Assembly (NCBI RefSeq): GCF_009914755.1
Contig: NC_060928.1
Reading direction: 5' to 3' (one strand)
Origin: the human T2T-CHM13v2.0 reference genome, Homo sapiens
DNA: 64,000 bases
Positions within the stretch are counted from its first letter, which is position 1, and every line of letters starts with the position of its first letter. Positions 13,076 through 28,554 of this stretch are shown one piece after another. The notes under the pieces were generated by a model. It was not told the origin of the DNA, did no database searches, and saw only the letters and a program-made list of their open reading frames with translations. A program made the translations under genes and the position numbers.

Positions 13076-14929
13076 TTCAATTCTGTTCCTAAATATATCT
13101 TTAAATAGGGTATGAAAGTCTTCTTGCTGCTTTGCAAATGATCATATCAAAGCAACGATGTGTTTATTTATGTAACACTTCAACCAATCACCCATATTAT
13201 TTAGCAGTTTGTCAACAGGTGGGAAACCAAGGGATAATAGCATTTCTCAAGTCACTGATTTGAAAGAAAATCCAGCCATTGCACTGCATTACTGGCCAGT
13301 CAAATCTGTGATGAAAGGAAAGAATCAGGCTTTCACCATCATCAGCTCATAAACTTGGCCACGTCACCAGCCTTCCCCACTGCACTAACCCCTTTGCTCT
13401 CCTGAGAGGTTGAAAGAGACAGTTCTAATTTCTTTCTATCACTTTCAGCTTAGCATGAGCAGTTCTAGCCTTCATCATGAAATATGTTCACTTTAGGCTA
13501 AATAAAATCAGAGAGGTAACTCGGTATGCTTTAGAGTTCCCAACCGCAATGTGTCCTTTTTTTTTTTTTTTTAATTCTCTTCTACTAGAAGACCAACTGC
13601 TTACCAGGATATGAGATTTTCTTAGGAATGGAATGTTTTTTTTAGTCATAATGAAGCCACACTTTTACCATCTATGCTCCCAGTGACCCCAATCTCACTT
13701 TCTCTACCAAGTGTTTTCCAGCATGCTGTGAACAGTTAGTTGTTCCATACTTTTAAAATTGAATGCCTGAGTTTATGTTTGTATTTCAGATTCTGTTCAA
13801 AATACCCCTCAATTCTATTGACATTATTTAAATTTTACAATCAAATTTTACTAAAAAACACATCTTTAAGGTAATAATGATGATAATAATTATAATACAA
13901 ATAGAGCAACTGCTGTCATAAACTAGTTTATTACTTAACAAGTTTTAATAATTAATAAGTGTTAGAAAAATGACAGAATGCTTACTATCATTAGTGATTT
14001 CTTTCTCACTGAATTGAGCAATACAAGGAAGCCTTAGGTTTCAGAAATTCCCCTTCCTCAAAGGTCAGACAGGCAGGTATCATCATCTACTATGACCTAA
14101 AGGAAAATGAAAGAGAAATAAAATTGCCATGGGAAATATGAACTTGGTCTAAACTTGTCAAAAGGAAATCATCTATCCAAACAGAATTAAATTAGGATCC
14201 CCTATATACGTAGTCTCTCATAATAACAGTTGCAAAATATCACATTCAGCTAATTTCAGGAAATGCCCTCCGTGCTCTTTGGTATCTACCTGAATTCTAG
14301 TTGTCTTTCTTTCAAAGCTTCTATCATTGCATTTTCCTCCTGAAGCCATTGTTCTTACTCTGTTCCTTTCTCCATTTTGAGCTCTGTTAAATATAGGATT
14401 GTACCACAGAAACAAACATGTAACACAAACTTATTTAACATTGTAAGGCAGATAATGTCATGTGTCATTCTCATCTCTTGCCCAAGAAGCTGAGCCTCTT
14501 GAATGCAGAAATGTCTCCTTCCTATATTTCCTCACTGCAACTAGCAATGAGCTAGGCACATGTATTATACTCAATAAGTGCCCATAAACTGACGACTGGG
14601 TGAATATTAAATGATCCTCTGATGTTATTGTATGTTTCACTTTGAGCATGTTTCATCATTTGTTATTCTCTTAGTGTGTTTTATTTCCTTTTAATTTATG
14701 TTCTGATGTATATTTCTGAACCTGATATGCAAATGCTCTTTCCTTTCCTCTTGATCAATCCAAAAGTAACATTTCATTAAAATCCATCCTTAAATCCAGC
14801 CTCTTCCAGGAAGTCTCTGTGATACACCTGTGAGTATTGCTTTCCCCTTCCACAGTCATGATTTCAATGACACTGGCGTGTTCTTAAACATCATTGCCTC
14901 ACACTATTCTTCAGTGTTTTCTACCACAC

Positions 14930-15125
14930 TTTTTTTCTTTTTTGAGACAGAGTCTCTTCTTTGGGTATCTTCATTTATTTATTTATTTATTTTCTTTCTT
15001 TAGAGACAAGGTCTCACTCTGTCACCCAGGCTGGAGTACAGTGTCAAGATCATAGGTCACTGCAGGCTTGACCTCTTGGGGTCAAGTGATCCTCTCACCT
15101 CAGCCTTCTGAGAGGCTGGGACTCA
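14930..15125 (-). mobile_element. Alu 3' stub followed by a truncated AluJ-type monomer
   Basis: ttttttgagacagagtctc stub, then ttagagacaaggtctcactctgtcacccaggctggagtacagtg...cagccttctgag. Confidence 0.85.
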
Positions 15126-15145
15126 GTGACTTGGAGAAGGTGTGG

Positions 15146-15148
<3 letters not shown>

Positions 15149-15189
<41 letters not shown>
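15149..15189. repeat. (GA)n microsatellite, ~20 units
   Basis: Direct reading. Confidence 0.95.
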
Positions 15190-15193
<4 letters not shown>

Positions 15194-15679
15194 GTTGTAA
15201 CAGGCATGCTTTTCAGTTGCCAGCCCAATCCCCTTTCCTTAGTAAGAGTCTCCTCTACCCTTCAGCATCAGCTCTTATGGCCCCCCTCAACTCTTTATCT
15301 CTTAGTTTCTCAATTTACAATTAATTTGATGAGAATAATAAATTATTTCCTGGCCAGTAAAGAAACTGAATGAGGCAAACATCATTAGAGCTTAATTTAA
15401 CAAATTAGTGTTCAACTGTGTTGACCCTAAGCAATGACGAGTCCCGGGCATAATAACATGCTGTGTGAATTCTGATGGTGTCTCTCTGTGACTCACAGTC
15501 ATCACTGCTTCTTGTTGCTCTAGTTGAATCTGTTCTTTACTGGCACCCCTTCCAGTTCCTCATAGGCCTGTGGTGCTTTATGTTTTCCACAGCACTGAAG
15601 TAAGTTGGAAAAGTCAGTGACATTTCCACAAAGCTTTATGAATAATCAAAAGGGCGAGTCTCACGTCCATGTCTCTTGA

Positions 15680-16480
15680 TTCTACGCATGCTGTTTTCCA
15701 TGCCCCCTAATCCTGTCCCTTCTTATTCCTTTGCTTCCTCCTGTTTCCCTGTTAAGACTCCCCTAAGACACCTTCTTTTGCAGAAAGTCTTTGCTGACCT
15801 CCCAGGCTAGCCTTGCTCTTCTGTCTCTCTGCCTCTGTGTCCTGTGCATCCATCATGGTACTCACTACCTCGGTAATTGCCTGTTTACTTGTCTATCTTC
15901 CAAAGCATTCTGTCACCCACATTGAGAGTTCTCTCTAAGTGTATACTTAGAGATGTCTTTAACATCTGTGTCTCTGCTAGAAAGCATTAGGGTGCCTGAT
16001 AATATAAATTTGAATGAATGAATGAATGAAAATTTGAAGGAAGGCATGAATGAATACCTGTATTCATGAACAGCTATCTCCCTTTGTCTCACAGTCTAGG
16101 CTCCTTAGCCTGGTCCCCAGATTTGCCCCCTTCTTCCTTTTCATCTTCATCTCCTGTAACTTTTCTCAAGTTGCCCTGGTGATTCAAGTAGTCCAGTCAT
16201 CCAGGACTTAACCTTTCTCACTTAAGCCTTGTAGTCTTACACCACAAGTCTGCCCTGGTCATTCTAGTTAAAATGCTTTCTGTTTTGTATGCAGTGAAAA
16301 TCAAGGTTAGGCTTAAATGTTGCTGCCTGTATGTTCCCTCAGCATTTTGATCATAACACTAATTTAGCACAGATTACATTGTATCCTGGCTGGTGATCTA
16401 TCTATCTTTCCTGCCACACTGAACCCTTTCTTTAATGATCAAGAGCCATTTGGTTTATCTTTGTACCTTCAAGGAGATTA
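15680..16480 (+). mobile_element. L2 fragments (two 3' regions)
   Basis: agaaagtctttgctgacctccc...taattgcctgtttacttgtct; (gaat)n terminus at ~16011-16035; second degenerate copy follows. Confidence 0.6.
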
Positions 16481-17179
16481 AATAATTTGCTTAAGATCGT
16501 AAAACTGGCCAAAAAAAAAAAAAAATGCAGGCAAACCCAGGTATTTTGCCTCCAAATCCAGTACTCTAAAAATATTTCTTCTGAACATCTCTTTCTCTTT
16601 CACACTGGCTTAAGAATTTTATTACTTTTACTCATATACAAATACACACATACATACATACACATATATTTTTCTTTGTATCTTCTTTTCAAATACATGT
16701 CTCATAAAACTCTGGAAACAAATAAATGTAGTTGGTAAATGCAGAGACCCTTATTAGGGAAAATTCTGAATGGAAAACCAGGTACCAGCATATATTCCCA
16801 AAGTTATGCAAACTTCTGTCGTAGTATTTACCATGATTAGGCAGCCTCTTTTGCTGTTATTTCCTACTCCTAAATAGTTTAAGTTCTGATGAATGAGATA
16901 AAGACTAATGAAGGCCAAATAAATTGCTTTAATATTCCTACATTTGAAAAAAACCTTTTGAAAATTCCTATATGAAAACCAATTTTGGAGGAGAAACTGC
17001 CTGTCAAGCTATAATGAAGCCCAACCAACTGGCCAATCTCTGGTATATTTCTAGGCTGTGTCTCCAGACCTCTTTCACATTTGCTGACAGCAGTTCAAAT
17101 ACTCAACAGAGTGCCCTGGGGGCAGGAGTAAGGGAGGGAGGACTTATTTTAAGTAGGCCAAGTCGGCTTGAAATAAGTG

Positions 17180-17360
17180 CAGTCTGATCATAGGTCTTGG
17201 AATTTGGGGCTTTCTGAACTGTAATCCTAGCTCAGACACTGATCCCTCCTGTGACCTAGGATAAATTACTCAACCTTTTTGCCTTGGTTTCCAGATCCCC
17301 TAAATAGGGATAATAATCCTGACCTCAGAAGGCTAGCGTATGAATTAAACATCTGCAAGA
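17180..17360 (+). mobile_element. MIR
   Basis: aatcctagctc...tgtgacctaggataaattactcaacc...ccttggtttcc...ggataataat. Confidence 0.75.
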
Positions 17361-17845
17361 CCTGATCTTAACGACAGGCGAATGAAGCATCTCATTCTTG
17401 CAATATAATAACTTTTTCAACTCAATTTAACAAGAACTATTTCTGCTAAAGAAGCAAAAGGTGGCTGATTCTGGTATCTAACCAGCCTGAAATTGTTGAT
17501 GCAGCCTCAAAAGGAAATCAGACTCATAAATGAAAAAAACTTGAGGCTGAAAACAAAACATTAACAAAATGTTGATTTTACCCCAAACCACCATGCCTGG
17601 TTGGTTCTTTTGCTGTAACAAGACAGTTTTGAGTTTGGCCTTCCTGAGCATTGGGATAGTAGTTAGCTTTCCTGAGCACTGCTCTCCCAAGGTAAGCCTT
17701 ATCAGTATATTTCTGTTGCTTATTTCAATAGTTTGAAGATATATTTAGTTGGAGAAAGATTCAAACTATGATCACTAACAACTCAAGGACAAGACTTTTT
17801 GATAACTGGAAGTTCTATCAAAAGTGATATTTTATACAAAAATTA

Positions 17846-18231
<386 letters not shown>

Positions 18232-18413
18232 CTAGAACATCATATATAATTCCAAATTCATGCAGATTAAGATTAATATTTCCAAAGGAAAAAAATGTGA
18301 AAGAGGAAATGCATTCTTGGAAAGGTTGACTCCAAAACCAGCAAAATGTATCCTTACATTCCTGCTGCTTTTTCTTTTCTTAGCATTATATCTGTCTCAT
18401 AAAACACAGAGTC

Positions 18414-19340
<927 letters not shown>

Positions 19341-19472
19341 CTGACTTCTGCATACTGTATACTACACCTAACTTCCTTTCCAACATTCCTGAGAGTCAAG
19401 AGTGTTTTTTAGTATTAGCATATGCTTTATTTCCCAGTAAATACTTGTATGACATTGCTATAAGATGTTTAA

Positions 19473-19810
<338 letters not shown>

Positions 19811-20359
19811 TAGATGTTTAAAAACTCTTAAAGATAACAGTATATGTTAAAAAAAAAAAAAAGGACAAGAGTTAAGCAAATCATTCGGAGATGTGTCACT
19901 AACGGTCTGGGGGTCTGTGTAAAGGACAAGGCAGCATTATCCTGTGACAAGAGCAACGACTTGTTTTATAATTCCTTCAGACTGATTCCATGGCTCTCAC
20001 ATAATGCAATTCTTAAAAATTCGGGGGAAAAAAGCTTAGATTTATTTTAAAGCATTAGTTCATGCCCATAAAGTGAGATTTTTACTAACGTGCTATGTCA
20101 CATTATCTCAAGCTTATGTAAAATATGACCACATTCTATGTCTCTGTGACTATGTAAATAGTGACTATGTGAATGCTTGTAAAAATAAGGCTTATATTCC
20201 ATATATGTCACTGTGTGAAATGTTTTTGAAATTTAATCCATTAGCTCATTTGGACCATGGTGTTAATTCAAAGTCATATGCTTGATATTCATGTAAGTTT
20301 TCTAGTTTTGCAAGAGAAAACATTGTTGCTAAAATTCTTATCCTCCTCTAGGTTGGTTT

Positions 20360-20368
20360 CATATATAT

Positions 20369-20399
<31 letters not shown>

Positions 20400-20455
20400 T
20401 AGACATATATGTATATATACCTAAACACGTACATATTTGTACAACATATGTATAT
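20360..20455. repeat. (TA)n(CA)n compound microsatellite
   Basis: Direct reading. Confidence 0.85.
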
Positions 20456-21262
20456 TTGTGGGCATATAAAGATTGTGGATAGATGGGGAGAATTTATCAC
20501 CACCCTTATGAAAACAACTCAAGGTACATTACCTTCAAAAAGAGGGTCAACATCATGATTTATATATTCCTCCTCAACAGTCATCATTTGTTTGCAAAGA
20601 AAGTGGTTATCTGAGAATACCCATTCTACTTTTTTTCTGATATTGGTGAATATGAATTTGATTAGAAATGCTACTTTTAATATGTTTGCTTAGAGTCCTG
20701 TTACAGTTGTGACAGATACTTTTACTTTTCAGTAAATTCTTTTTTAAAAAAATTTTTCCTTCACTCTGAAATGTTTTATACTTGTTATTTCCAAATTTAT
20801 GGCTATGTAGATTGCTTTCAGCTTAGTGATCTGAAATAAGATGTATTACAAAAATGTATTTCCATTTCTGCGTCATCAAAGAGAGAAAATGGAGAAAAAC
20901 AGAAAGTTCATTTTTTTCTCCAAATTTTGTGTCTATGATTAATGAGCTGCTGACTTTGTGGAGAAGGATTCCCCTCTCCACAAGGGTTTCAAAGCATTGT
21001 TTGTGCATCCAAAAAGCAGAAGCTCACTCTGAATCCAAAGTTTCAGCTGTTTGAACTCAATGCAACTCATAGTGTGTTGAGGAACAGTAACTAGAAAAAA
21101 GAGAAATTAAGCTAACCATTTCTCTCTCCTTTTCACTTGTCAGACTACATCTGTTTAGCCTTGACATTAAATTTCAAATGGGGTATTGCTACATTAAAAT
21201 GCCAGTGGTCAAAACCCAACGGGAAACAAAGTGTTGTAAAAGATAGCTGAAGAATCTGTAGA

Positions 21263-21687
21263 TGTATTCATTTGCTAGGGCCGCCATAACTAAGTTCCAT
21301 CACAAACCGGCTCGCTTAAACAACAGAAATGTTTTTTCTCACAGTTCTGGAGGCTAGCTATCTGAAATCAAGATGTTGACAAGATTGGTTCCTTCTGAAG
21401 GCTGTGAGGGGAGGGTCTTTTGTCTGTTCCAGGCCTGTCTCCTAGGCTTGTAGATGGTGTCCTCCCTGCAATTTCATATCACCTTCCCTATATGCATGTT
21501 TCTGTGTTGAAATTCACCCTTTTTATAAGGAAATTTGTCACGCAGGATTAAATTCCACCTTATAACCTTACTTGAGCTTGATTACCTCCGTAAACACCCT
21601 ATCACCAAGTAAGGTCACATTCTAAGGTACTCAGGTGTGAAGTCTTCAACACATAAATTTTTAGGGGAAACAATTCAGTCCATAACA
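21263..21687 (-). mobile_element. MLT1B-like MaLR solo LTR
   Basis: tgtatt...gctagggccgccataac...ttctcacagttctggaggct...caattcagtccataaca. Confidence 0.88.
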
Positions 21688-21688
21688 T

Positions 21689-21911
21689 TGTCTTATTCCA
21701 TTCAGTCTAACATAACAAAATATCACAGACTGGGTGTTTTATTCCTCACACTCCTGGAGTCTTAAAAGACCAAGACCAAAGTGCCACTAGATCTGGTGTC
21801 TGGCGAGGGTCCTCTTCATAGATGGCTGTCTTTTCACTGTGTCCTCACATGGCAGAAGAAACAAGATACTTCTCTGGGGTCTCTTTTATAAAGGCACTAA
21901 TTCCATTCATG
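21689..21911 (-). mobile_element. MLT1A/MSTD-like partial LTR
   Basis: tgtcttattccattcag...cataacaaaatatcacagactggg...ggtgtctggcgaggg...tcttttataaaggcactaattccattcatg. Confidence 0.8.
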
Positions 21912-22159
21912 TAGAAATGTTTTACAGGGTATATAATAACGATTTTCAAATTTCTGAAAGACTGTGCTGAAAAAGAGGGATGAGATTTTTCTGGGCTGCT
22001 CTAAAAGACAAAACTAAAATGAATATATAAAATTAGGGAAGTAAAAACTGTCATTAATATAAACAATACATTATTTGAGAACTTGTATATTTCGTAAGAA
22101 AGGCTTTGGATTTTGCAGTCATTGAGACAATAATATAAAATCACATCACCAATAATTGC

Positions 22160-22340
22160 TAGCAGATGAGGACTTATGTTTTTGCCTTCTCTCAGTCTTG
22201 GCTATTCCCTTTTAGTAAAATGGGGGTAATAACAGTTTTCATATGATTGCTGTGAAAGCTATATGAGATTATGTATATTTGACATCTAGCACTGTGCTCA
22301 GCCCAGATTACAACCTTAGAGAAGATTATTAATATTACTA
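22160..22340 (+). mobile_element. MIR
   Basis: gtaaaatgggggtaataacag...gattgctgtgaaag...tagcactgtgc. Confidence 0.7.
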
Positions 22341-22879
22341 TTACTATTTTGAGTTTTCTAATTATTCTGAAGTAAAGAGACTATTTCAAAGAATTAAAAT
22401 ACTGGGTAGAGGGCCACTTTTCACAGATATTACAGCAATTCTTAAATTGTTTGGAGGTCAAATAAAGGATTTTTAAAAGTGACTTATACATTAATATTTT
22501 ATGGTTCTAGAAGTAGATGAGAAGCTGAAAGTAGATTGAGTAGCCTAGGTTTTATATCTTCCCCAAACCCCCACCCCCACTAGACAAAAACTAGAGTTTC
22601 TATTGCTTACTTTGGTTGTATCATTCCTCAACTACTTAATTTCATAACTTGTAGCAATATTTCCCCTGTCATTGTTTGATTAATGTTCAAAAATGCCTGT
22701 ACAAACACCAACATCAATTTTAATATAATCTTCAATGTCAAATATTATCACAAAAACAGCACTGAATATTCAACTGTTGCAGCTCCTTGAAACTGAATGA
22801 ATGCCCCTAAATACAAATCTGTTGTGGGTTTATTGGAATAAGTACAAATTAATCTCTTCCTCATAAAAGGAAATACAGA

Positions 22880-23660
22880 GGATCCATCATCCATCCATTC
22901 GTTAATTCCTAAGTCATCAAGGTACACCCTGTTGTGTGTCCTGAGACTGCTAGGCATTGGGAATACAAATACTTAGCAGTCTCAGGGCACACAACACGGT
23001 ATACATCAGGGAAAGTGCCATCTTGCAGGAGTTTTCAGTTTAGTGGAGAAAACATCCAGGTAGACATTTGTTTATTAAAGTGTTACTGCAGGTGATACGG
23101 TTTGGCTGTGTCCCCACCCAAGTCTCATCTCAAATTGTAATCCCCATGTGTTGGAGGAAGGACCTGGTGGGAGGTGATTGGATCACAAGGGCGGACTTCC
23201 CCCTTGCTATTCTCATGTTAGTAAGTGAGTTCTCGGGAAATACGGTTGTTTGAAAGTGTGTGGCACTTCCACATTTGCTCTCTCTCTCCTGCTCTGCCGT
23301 GGTAAGACGGACTTACTTCCTCTTTGCCTTCTGCCATGATTTTAAGTTTCCCGAGGCCTCTTAGTCATGCTTCTTGTTAAGCCTGTGGAACTGAGTCGAT
23401 TAAGCCTCTTTTCTTCATAAATTACCCAGTCTCAGGTAGTTCTTTACAGCAGTGTAAAAATGTACTAGTACAGCAGGTTACTAAAATGGGCACTTAGCCA
23501 CAACTTTGATGGTCAGGAAGGGCTTGGCACAAGAAGTGTTGCTAAGCTTAGACTACATGGTTAGTAGTTCACAGGTAAAAAGGAGGAGGAAAGAGTGCTC
23601 TGGAAAATAGAAAACTATATGTGAATGTTCAAGAAAGAATATGCATCAAAGAAGGAATTA
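22880..23660 (-). mobile_element. L2, interrupted by MST LTR
   Basis: catccattc...ctgctaggcattgggaataca; resumes after the LTR with ggtcaggaagggctt... Confidence 0.6.
23093..23472 (+). mobile_element. MSTA/MSTB MaLR solo LTR with 5-bp TSD
   Basis: tgatacggtttggctgtgtcccc...actagtaca; TSD gcagg at 23088-23092 and 23473-23477. Confidence 0.93.
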
Positions 23661-24799
23661 ACCTGGAGTGAGAAGGAACACGATGTGGTGGAAAACTGCA
23701 TGAGCCCAGAGTCAGGAGACCTTCTGTAGCCATTAAGTAGTGATGCCCATTTCCCATCCGTGAATGCAGGATGCACTGTATAACGCTAAGAATGCTAGCC
23801 AGCTTTAGTGTTCATATATTATTTAAGATCTCTTATGCAAATTTTTAAAATGATCACACTCTTATAATGAGATATGAAAAATAGATTGGGGATGACTAGA
23901 TGTTGAGCTGCTAAAAGCCAAATCTATTTTTTTCTCATCTTTGCAATAACTCAAAGTGCCTAGCATGGTGAAATTATGTAAAATTGAACCAAGATATGCT
24001 TCTCTATACAGAAGGAATTTAACATGGAGTCACTCCACAAGTACTGGTTTTTCCAATGGAGAAATGAATAAGAATGGACTCGTTCTGTTAAGAGGAAAGC
24101 TCAATCTCCCATGGTGCAGAATGAAGCTGTCTGTGAAGTGCTCTGCAGAGTACTCAAACCGGAAGCCAGATCACGGAGGCCTGGCGTACCTGCAGCAGTG
24201 GCTCTCAAACTATTTTACCCCAAAATAAACTTGGTGATTTGTTTAGAATACAAGTTCCCTTGTTTTAGCTTCCTACAGTCTAATTGTGTTGCCCCAGGCA
24301 GAAGCGCATGAGTCAGATGTACACTCAAGTTTCATTGCCAGAACCACCAAGTCCTTGCCCCTGACGTTGGGTCTTTCCTGTGTTTTCAACCTTTCGTCTC
24401 ACTTTAAACCCTACCTCAATCCTTGCTTCAACCACGTGGAAGTGGCTCAAACATACCAGTTTATTCATGCCTCCATGCCTTTGTTATCAGCCCTCCCTCT
24501 ATTTTAAAATGCTCTTGCCCTTAAAATGCAGTGTTCTGTTTCCCAGGTAACTGCCCACACATATTTCAAGACTCATCTATTTTAAATTTCTTCTCTGCCT
24601 TTCTTGTTTAGACTTGACCGCTCACTCCTTAGTGTCTTTACTTTAACCCTGACCTGTGATGTAACCTATAAAACATTTCTCCACTTATTTTTTATACATT
24701 TCTTTCTTCTCTATTACAGTATTTGATACGATAAGCACTTAATAAATGTTTGCTAAATGGATAAATGCATGAATGTATGAATGAATGAGATACATTCTA

Positions 24800-25050
24800 A
24801 AACAGTGCCTAAAGCATGGATTCTGCAGTTAGACTGCCTGGTTTCAAATCCTTTCTCTATCACTTACCAGGTCTATGAATTTAGGAAAGTTACTTTAAGC
24901 CTCTGTCTCAGTTTCTCAATTATAAATGGGAATGATAATATAGTATCTGCCTCATGTAGCTGTTAAGAGGTTTTAAATAAACTAATATTTGTAAAGCTGT
25001 AAAGCACTTAAAAGAATGTCTGGAACATAGTGTTATCAGCGTTTATAAAA
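24800..25050 (+). mobile_element. MIR, near full length
   Basis: agactgcctggtttcaaatcc...ctctgtctcagtttctc...taaatgggaatgataatatagtatctgcctcat...gtaaagcactta. Confidence 0.85.
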
Positions 25051-25754
25051 TAAACGAATATACTACAGCAAAGATGATGAATGTTTAAATTTATATCTAG
25101 AAACAGAGATTGAGAGCAGAGACAAATCCACAAGACGTAAGAAGAAAAAAGTGATGGGCTTGATGATTGAGGAAGAAAAAGGACTGGAATGAAGTCTTGG
25201 GATTCCAATGGTCACTGGAAGGGGTCGGCAAGCTTCTTCCATTAATTCATTGCCTTTAATTATTTGATCATAGGAAAGGAGAGTCTGGCCTTGTGGAAAA
25301 ACACACAATCAGTTTCATTAGAAAAGAGAGAGTCAGATGTTTTTAAAACAGCAACAACAATATGCCCTGAATAGTAGAGAAACAAAAGAGCGATTGATCT
25401 ACAAAGGCAAGACCCAGATTGAGACCACAGTGAACCCTGCAAAACAGAGGAGCCCCTGGGTGGGAGGGGATATAACTGGAACTCTGGGAATGTAACGGGC
25501 ATGGTGTGCTTGTCTGATGGACAGGGCAGCTTAGGGGAATAAGTCTCTGCAGCGTTGTAGTGAAGAGAGAATACGGGACAACTGCAGGACCACAGCTCAG
25601 CCAAGAGTAAGCATAAATTTAAACATATTTCTTGATTTCTCTAAAGTCTCTCTTTTCTGTTAAATACAAATAATAATGCATGCTTCATTCAGCAAGTTAT
25701 TGTGAGGACTAAATGAGACAGTATTGAAGTTACTATGTAACAGTAAATAAGGTA

Positions 25755-26751
25755 CAGATAATCCTCAGTACAAGCACGATAGTGTGGGACTGCAAAGATG
25801 ATTGCGCAAAGCAATCTTAATAATCAATGAGAAAACTAATGATTGGGCCTTGGCCTTTAAAAAGTTTTGCCAAAACATCAAAATCTTTCTTGCTGTCATT
25901 GACAAAGGTACAAGCAAATAAAAATAGTAAAACTAATACCTAGTACAATATAACTTAAAACATGAGAAATGTTTAAAACTGAAGTTACTTTTCATACAAA
26001 CTTATCAAAAGTAGTTTAAACCATGCTTGCCTCCTTGTCATGTAACTAACAATGTGGAGCACCATCTTTCTTTACGCACTGGCGAATTATCATACGCTTT
26101 TCTAAGTTCGGATCGGCTTCCCGCATTGTATTCTTCGTTCTTTCAGTGTCTTGAAACACCTCCAAGAGTTTTTTCTAACGTGAAAATTTTCTGCCAGCAC
26201 TACTTCCTCTAGGACATCTTCATTCTGTTCATCACAACTACCTTTCTCATTTATGTTAAGTTCTCTTTTAGTAAATTTCTGTGGCCTCATACCTAGAAAC
26301 TGAAATGACAGCAATGTCAATATTCCATAGTCAGCTGTCTTCTTATCGGATCTAATTTCACATCCAGCATTATTGCTTTTCATTTCTTGGCTGCACTTTC
26401 GTCTGTTGCACAATTCCTTCTTTTAATCATCCGTTTTGTAAAATGTCATGTGAGTTTATCATGGGAAGACATGGAGGCAACACAATTACATGCTTTGCTG
26501 GGTGGTAACTGAGTAACAGATGTGCAGTAGCCATACTGAGGTGATCCGTCACTCATCATGATGTGCATCTGATATTTATGTAGTGATTTCTGAACTGAAG
26601 TGCTATCAGTGAGGTTAGAACTTCATGAAATTGCAGTTAATATACCATAGTTAATGAAACGTGAACCATGCTATTGAGGGACTGGTGTTATTTAACTAAA
26701 TCATGGTAACTGAAATGGATACATATGAATTAGCAAATTGAGAGCTGCCAG
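25755..26751 (-). mobile_element. Tigger-family (TcMar) internally deleted DNA transposon, Tigger13a-like, inserted in a MIR
   Basis: TA on both flanks (25753-54, 26752-53); degenerate TIRs cagataatcctc / gagagctgccag; transposase-like remnant ELNINEKGSCDEQNEDVLEEV on the minus strand. Confidence 0.75.
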
Positions 26752-28071
26752 TATTTTTAATTTCACCCTTTCAATGTTCTTAATTTCTTTTTAATCAGTA
26801 AGACTTATGTTTTTATGCACAGCATTGTGATGAGGATCCCCAGGTTTTGATGGTTAAGCTGCAATTTGAGTAAGAGGTTCAAAATTAGGCTTAGTTCCTA
26901 ACCCCACTCTCTGCGTGATCCTCTTTCCCACACCATTCCAAACATGTCAGTGTGGCACACACCCAGGCTGAGAACCACTGCTCTAAAGCCTTCCACATAA
27001 TTGAAAGTTTAGTCACTCTAGCTTTGAATTTTTCTGCTTAAAAAAAAATTAAGCTGTTAATTTAGAATTTTTGTGTCTTTGCTTTTAATTATTTCTTCTT
27101 ATTTTGTTTTTGCTTATTTCATTTCCATTTGCTCATTTCATTGTAAAGAAATGGCTCTGAGAGAAATTTAAATTACCTTTGACTTTTCAGGGTATGCCCC
27201 TAGATCTCACTTCACCCCTTTTCCCTCTTTTCATCTCAAGAAACAAAATTAAGAATAAAAGTAAGGGGAGATAGTGTGAGTGAGAAAGAACAGAAATCTA
27301 GCCCCATGTAAATTAAAATGTTAAAAATAAAAAAAATCACATATTTTAAAAGGATTTTTCCATTAAACGTAGGAATTAAATAAGAATTTATGTTAGAGAA
27401 CTAGGTTTGGGTAGACAAAAGCTTTCACGAAAATGTTTATTTTAGGTTTTTTTTTAATATCAAGTATTGTGAATATTTTAAATACGAAATAATAGGGAAA
27501 TGGCAGAAAAAATATACTAACTAGGTGGAGTATTGCATAAATTTAGTGAATGTAAATGTTAGTTTTAAATACATTGTAGCAAGAAGAAAAAATGCAAAAG
27601 ACACAATGTGAAGTGAAAAAAGTGGGAAACAGAATACTTTCCATGTAAGACAACAATGCAAGGGAGTTGATGCTTCTGCCCCTTTCCTCACAGCAGGAAT
27701 GTCATTGCTCTCTCCCTCCCAGCCCTTCTCCCTCCCAGCACAAGCAACAAGATGATGCTTGGCCAATTCCTTAGAGTTACTGCTCAGAAGAAACACTGCA
27801 ATGAGAAATAGTAACTGGCATGGCAAGGTCCTGTTATCTTCAGGTTCCTGCTATTAATAGAATCAAAATAGTAGACAAAACCCATCCTGATTCTTAACAT
27901 AAGTTTAATAGTATGCTCCACTCTGAATTTCTAAGCCTACCCCCAACCACATCCCAAATGGTGTACCACTGTGGCCCACTGCCAGAAATAATATAATAAT
28001 ATTCCTCACAGCGGATCAGAGTTATACCCAGAGGAATAGAAGGTCGATCTACCTGGAATTCCTTCTCCTCT

Positions 28072-28547
28072 TGTTGTGGAGCAGGTTTATTGTGCGCGGG
28101 TCACCAACTTGTCTGAGTCCAGTGAGAGAAAACACCTGTGCATACAACAAGCTGCATGAAGAGACTTTTTACTACTTACAGATAGGCAGCAAGACAACAG
28201 AAGCCCGTGACACATTGTAAGCCAGTCTGCAAGGCTCAAGAAATTTGCCCAGGATAGATGGAGTGTCCTCCATGCATACCCCACTTGTATCAGCTGAGGG
28301 ACCCCAGAAAGCCTCTCAACCTTGGTTTTATGCTGTGGGGCAATGAGATTTGCTGGGCTAAAACATTGAAGGTTATCTTATTTCAGTAAAGCGGGGTCCC
28401 AGAACAGAGCTCAGGCTGTTCCAGCCAGCCCTCCTTATCTCAGAATGTTGCATTCCCAGAACATTCTACAGCTGTTCTTGAGAACTAGAAATGAGAAAAG
28501 GGAGGACAATAGGGCTGGTCCAAGGCCACCCAGAGAACTGTTCTACA
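28072..28547 (-). mobile_element. ERVL-type solo LTR (MER54-like)
   Basis: tg...ca ends; gcaggtttattgtgc...accaacttgtctgagtcc...ttacagataggcagcaag. Confidence 0.7.
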
Positions 28548-28554
28548 TTTTTCC

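Noticed and set aside
13300-13412. Box C/D snoRNA (gtgatga ... ctga)
   Set aside because: Terminal stem is weak, no clear C'/D' boxes or rRNA guide; such box pairs arise by chance
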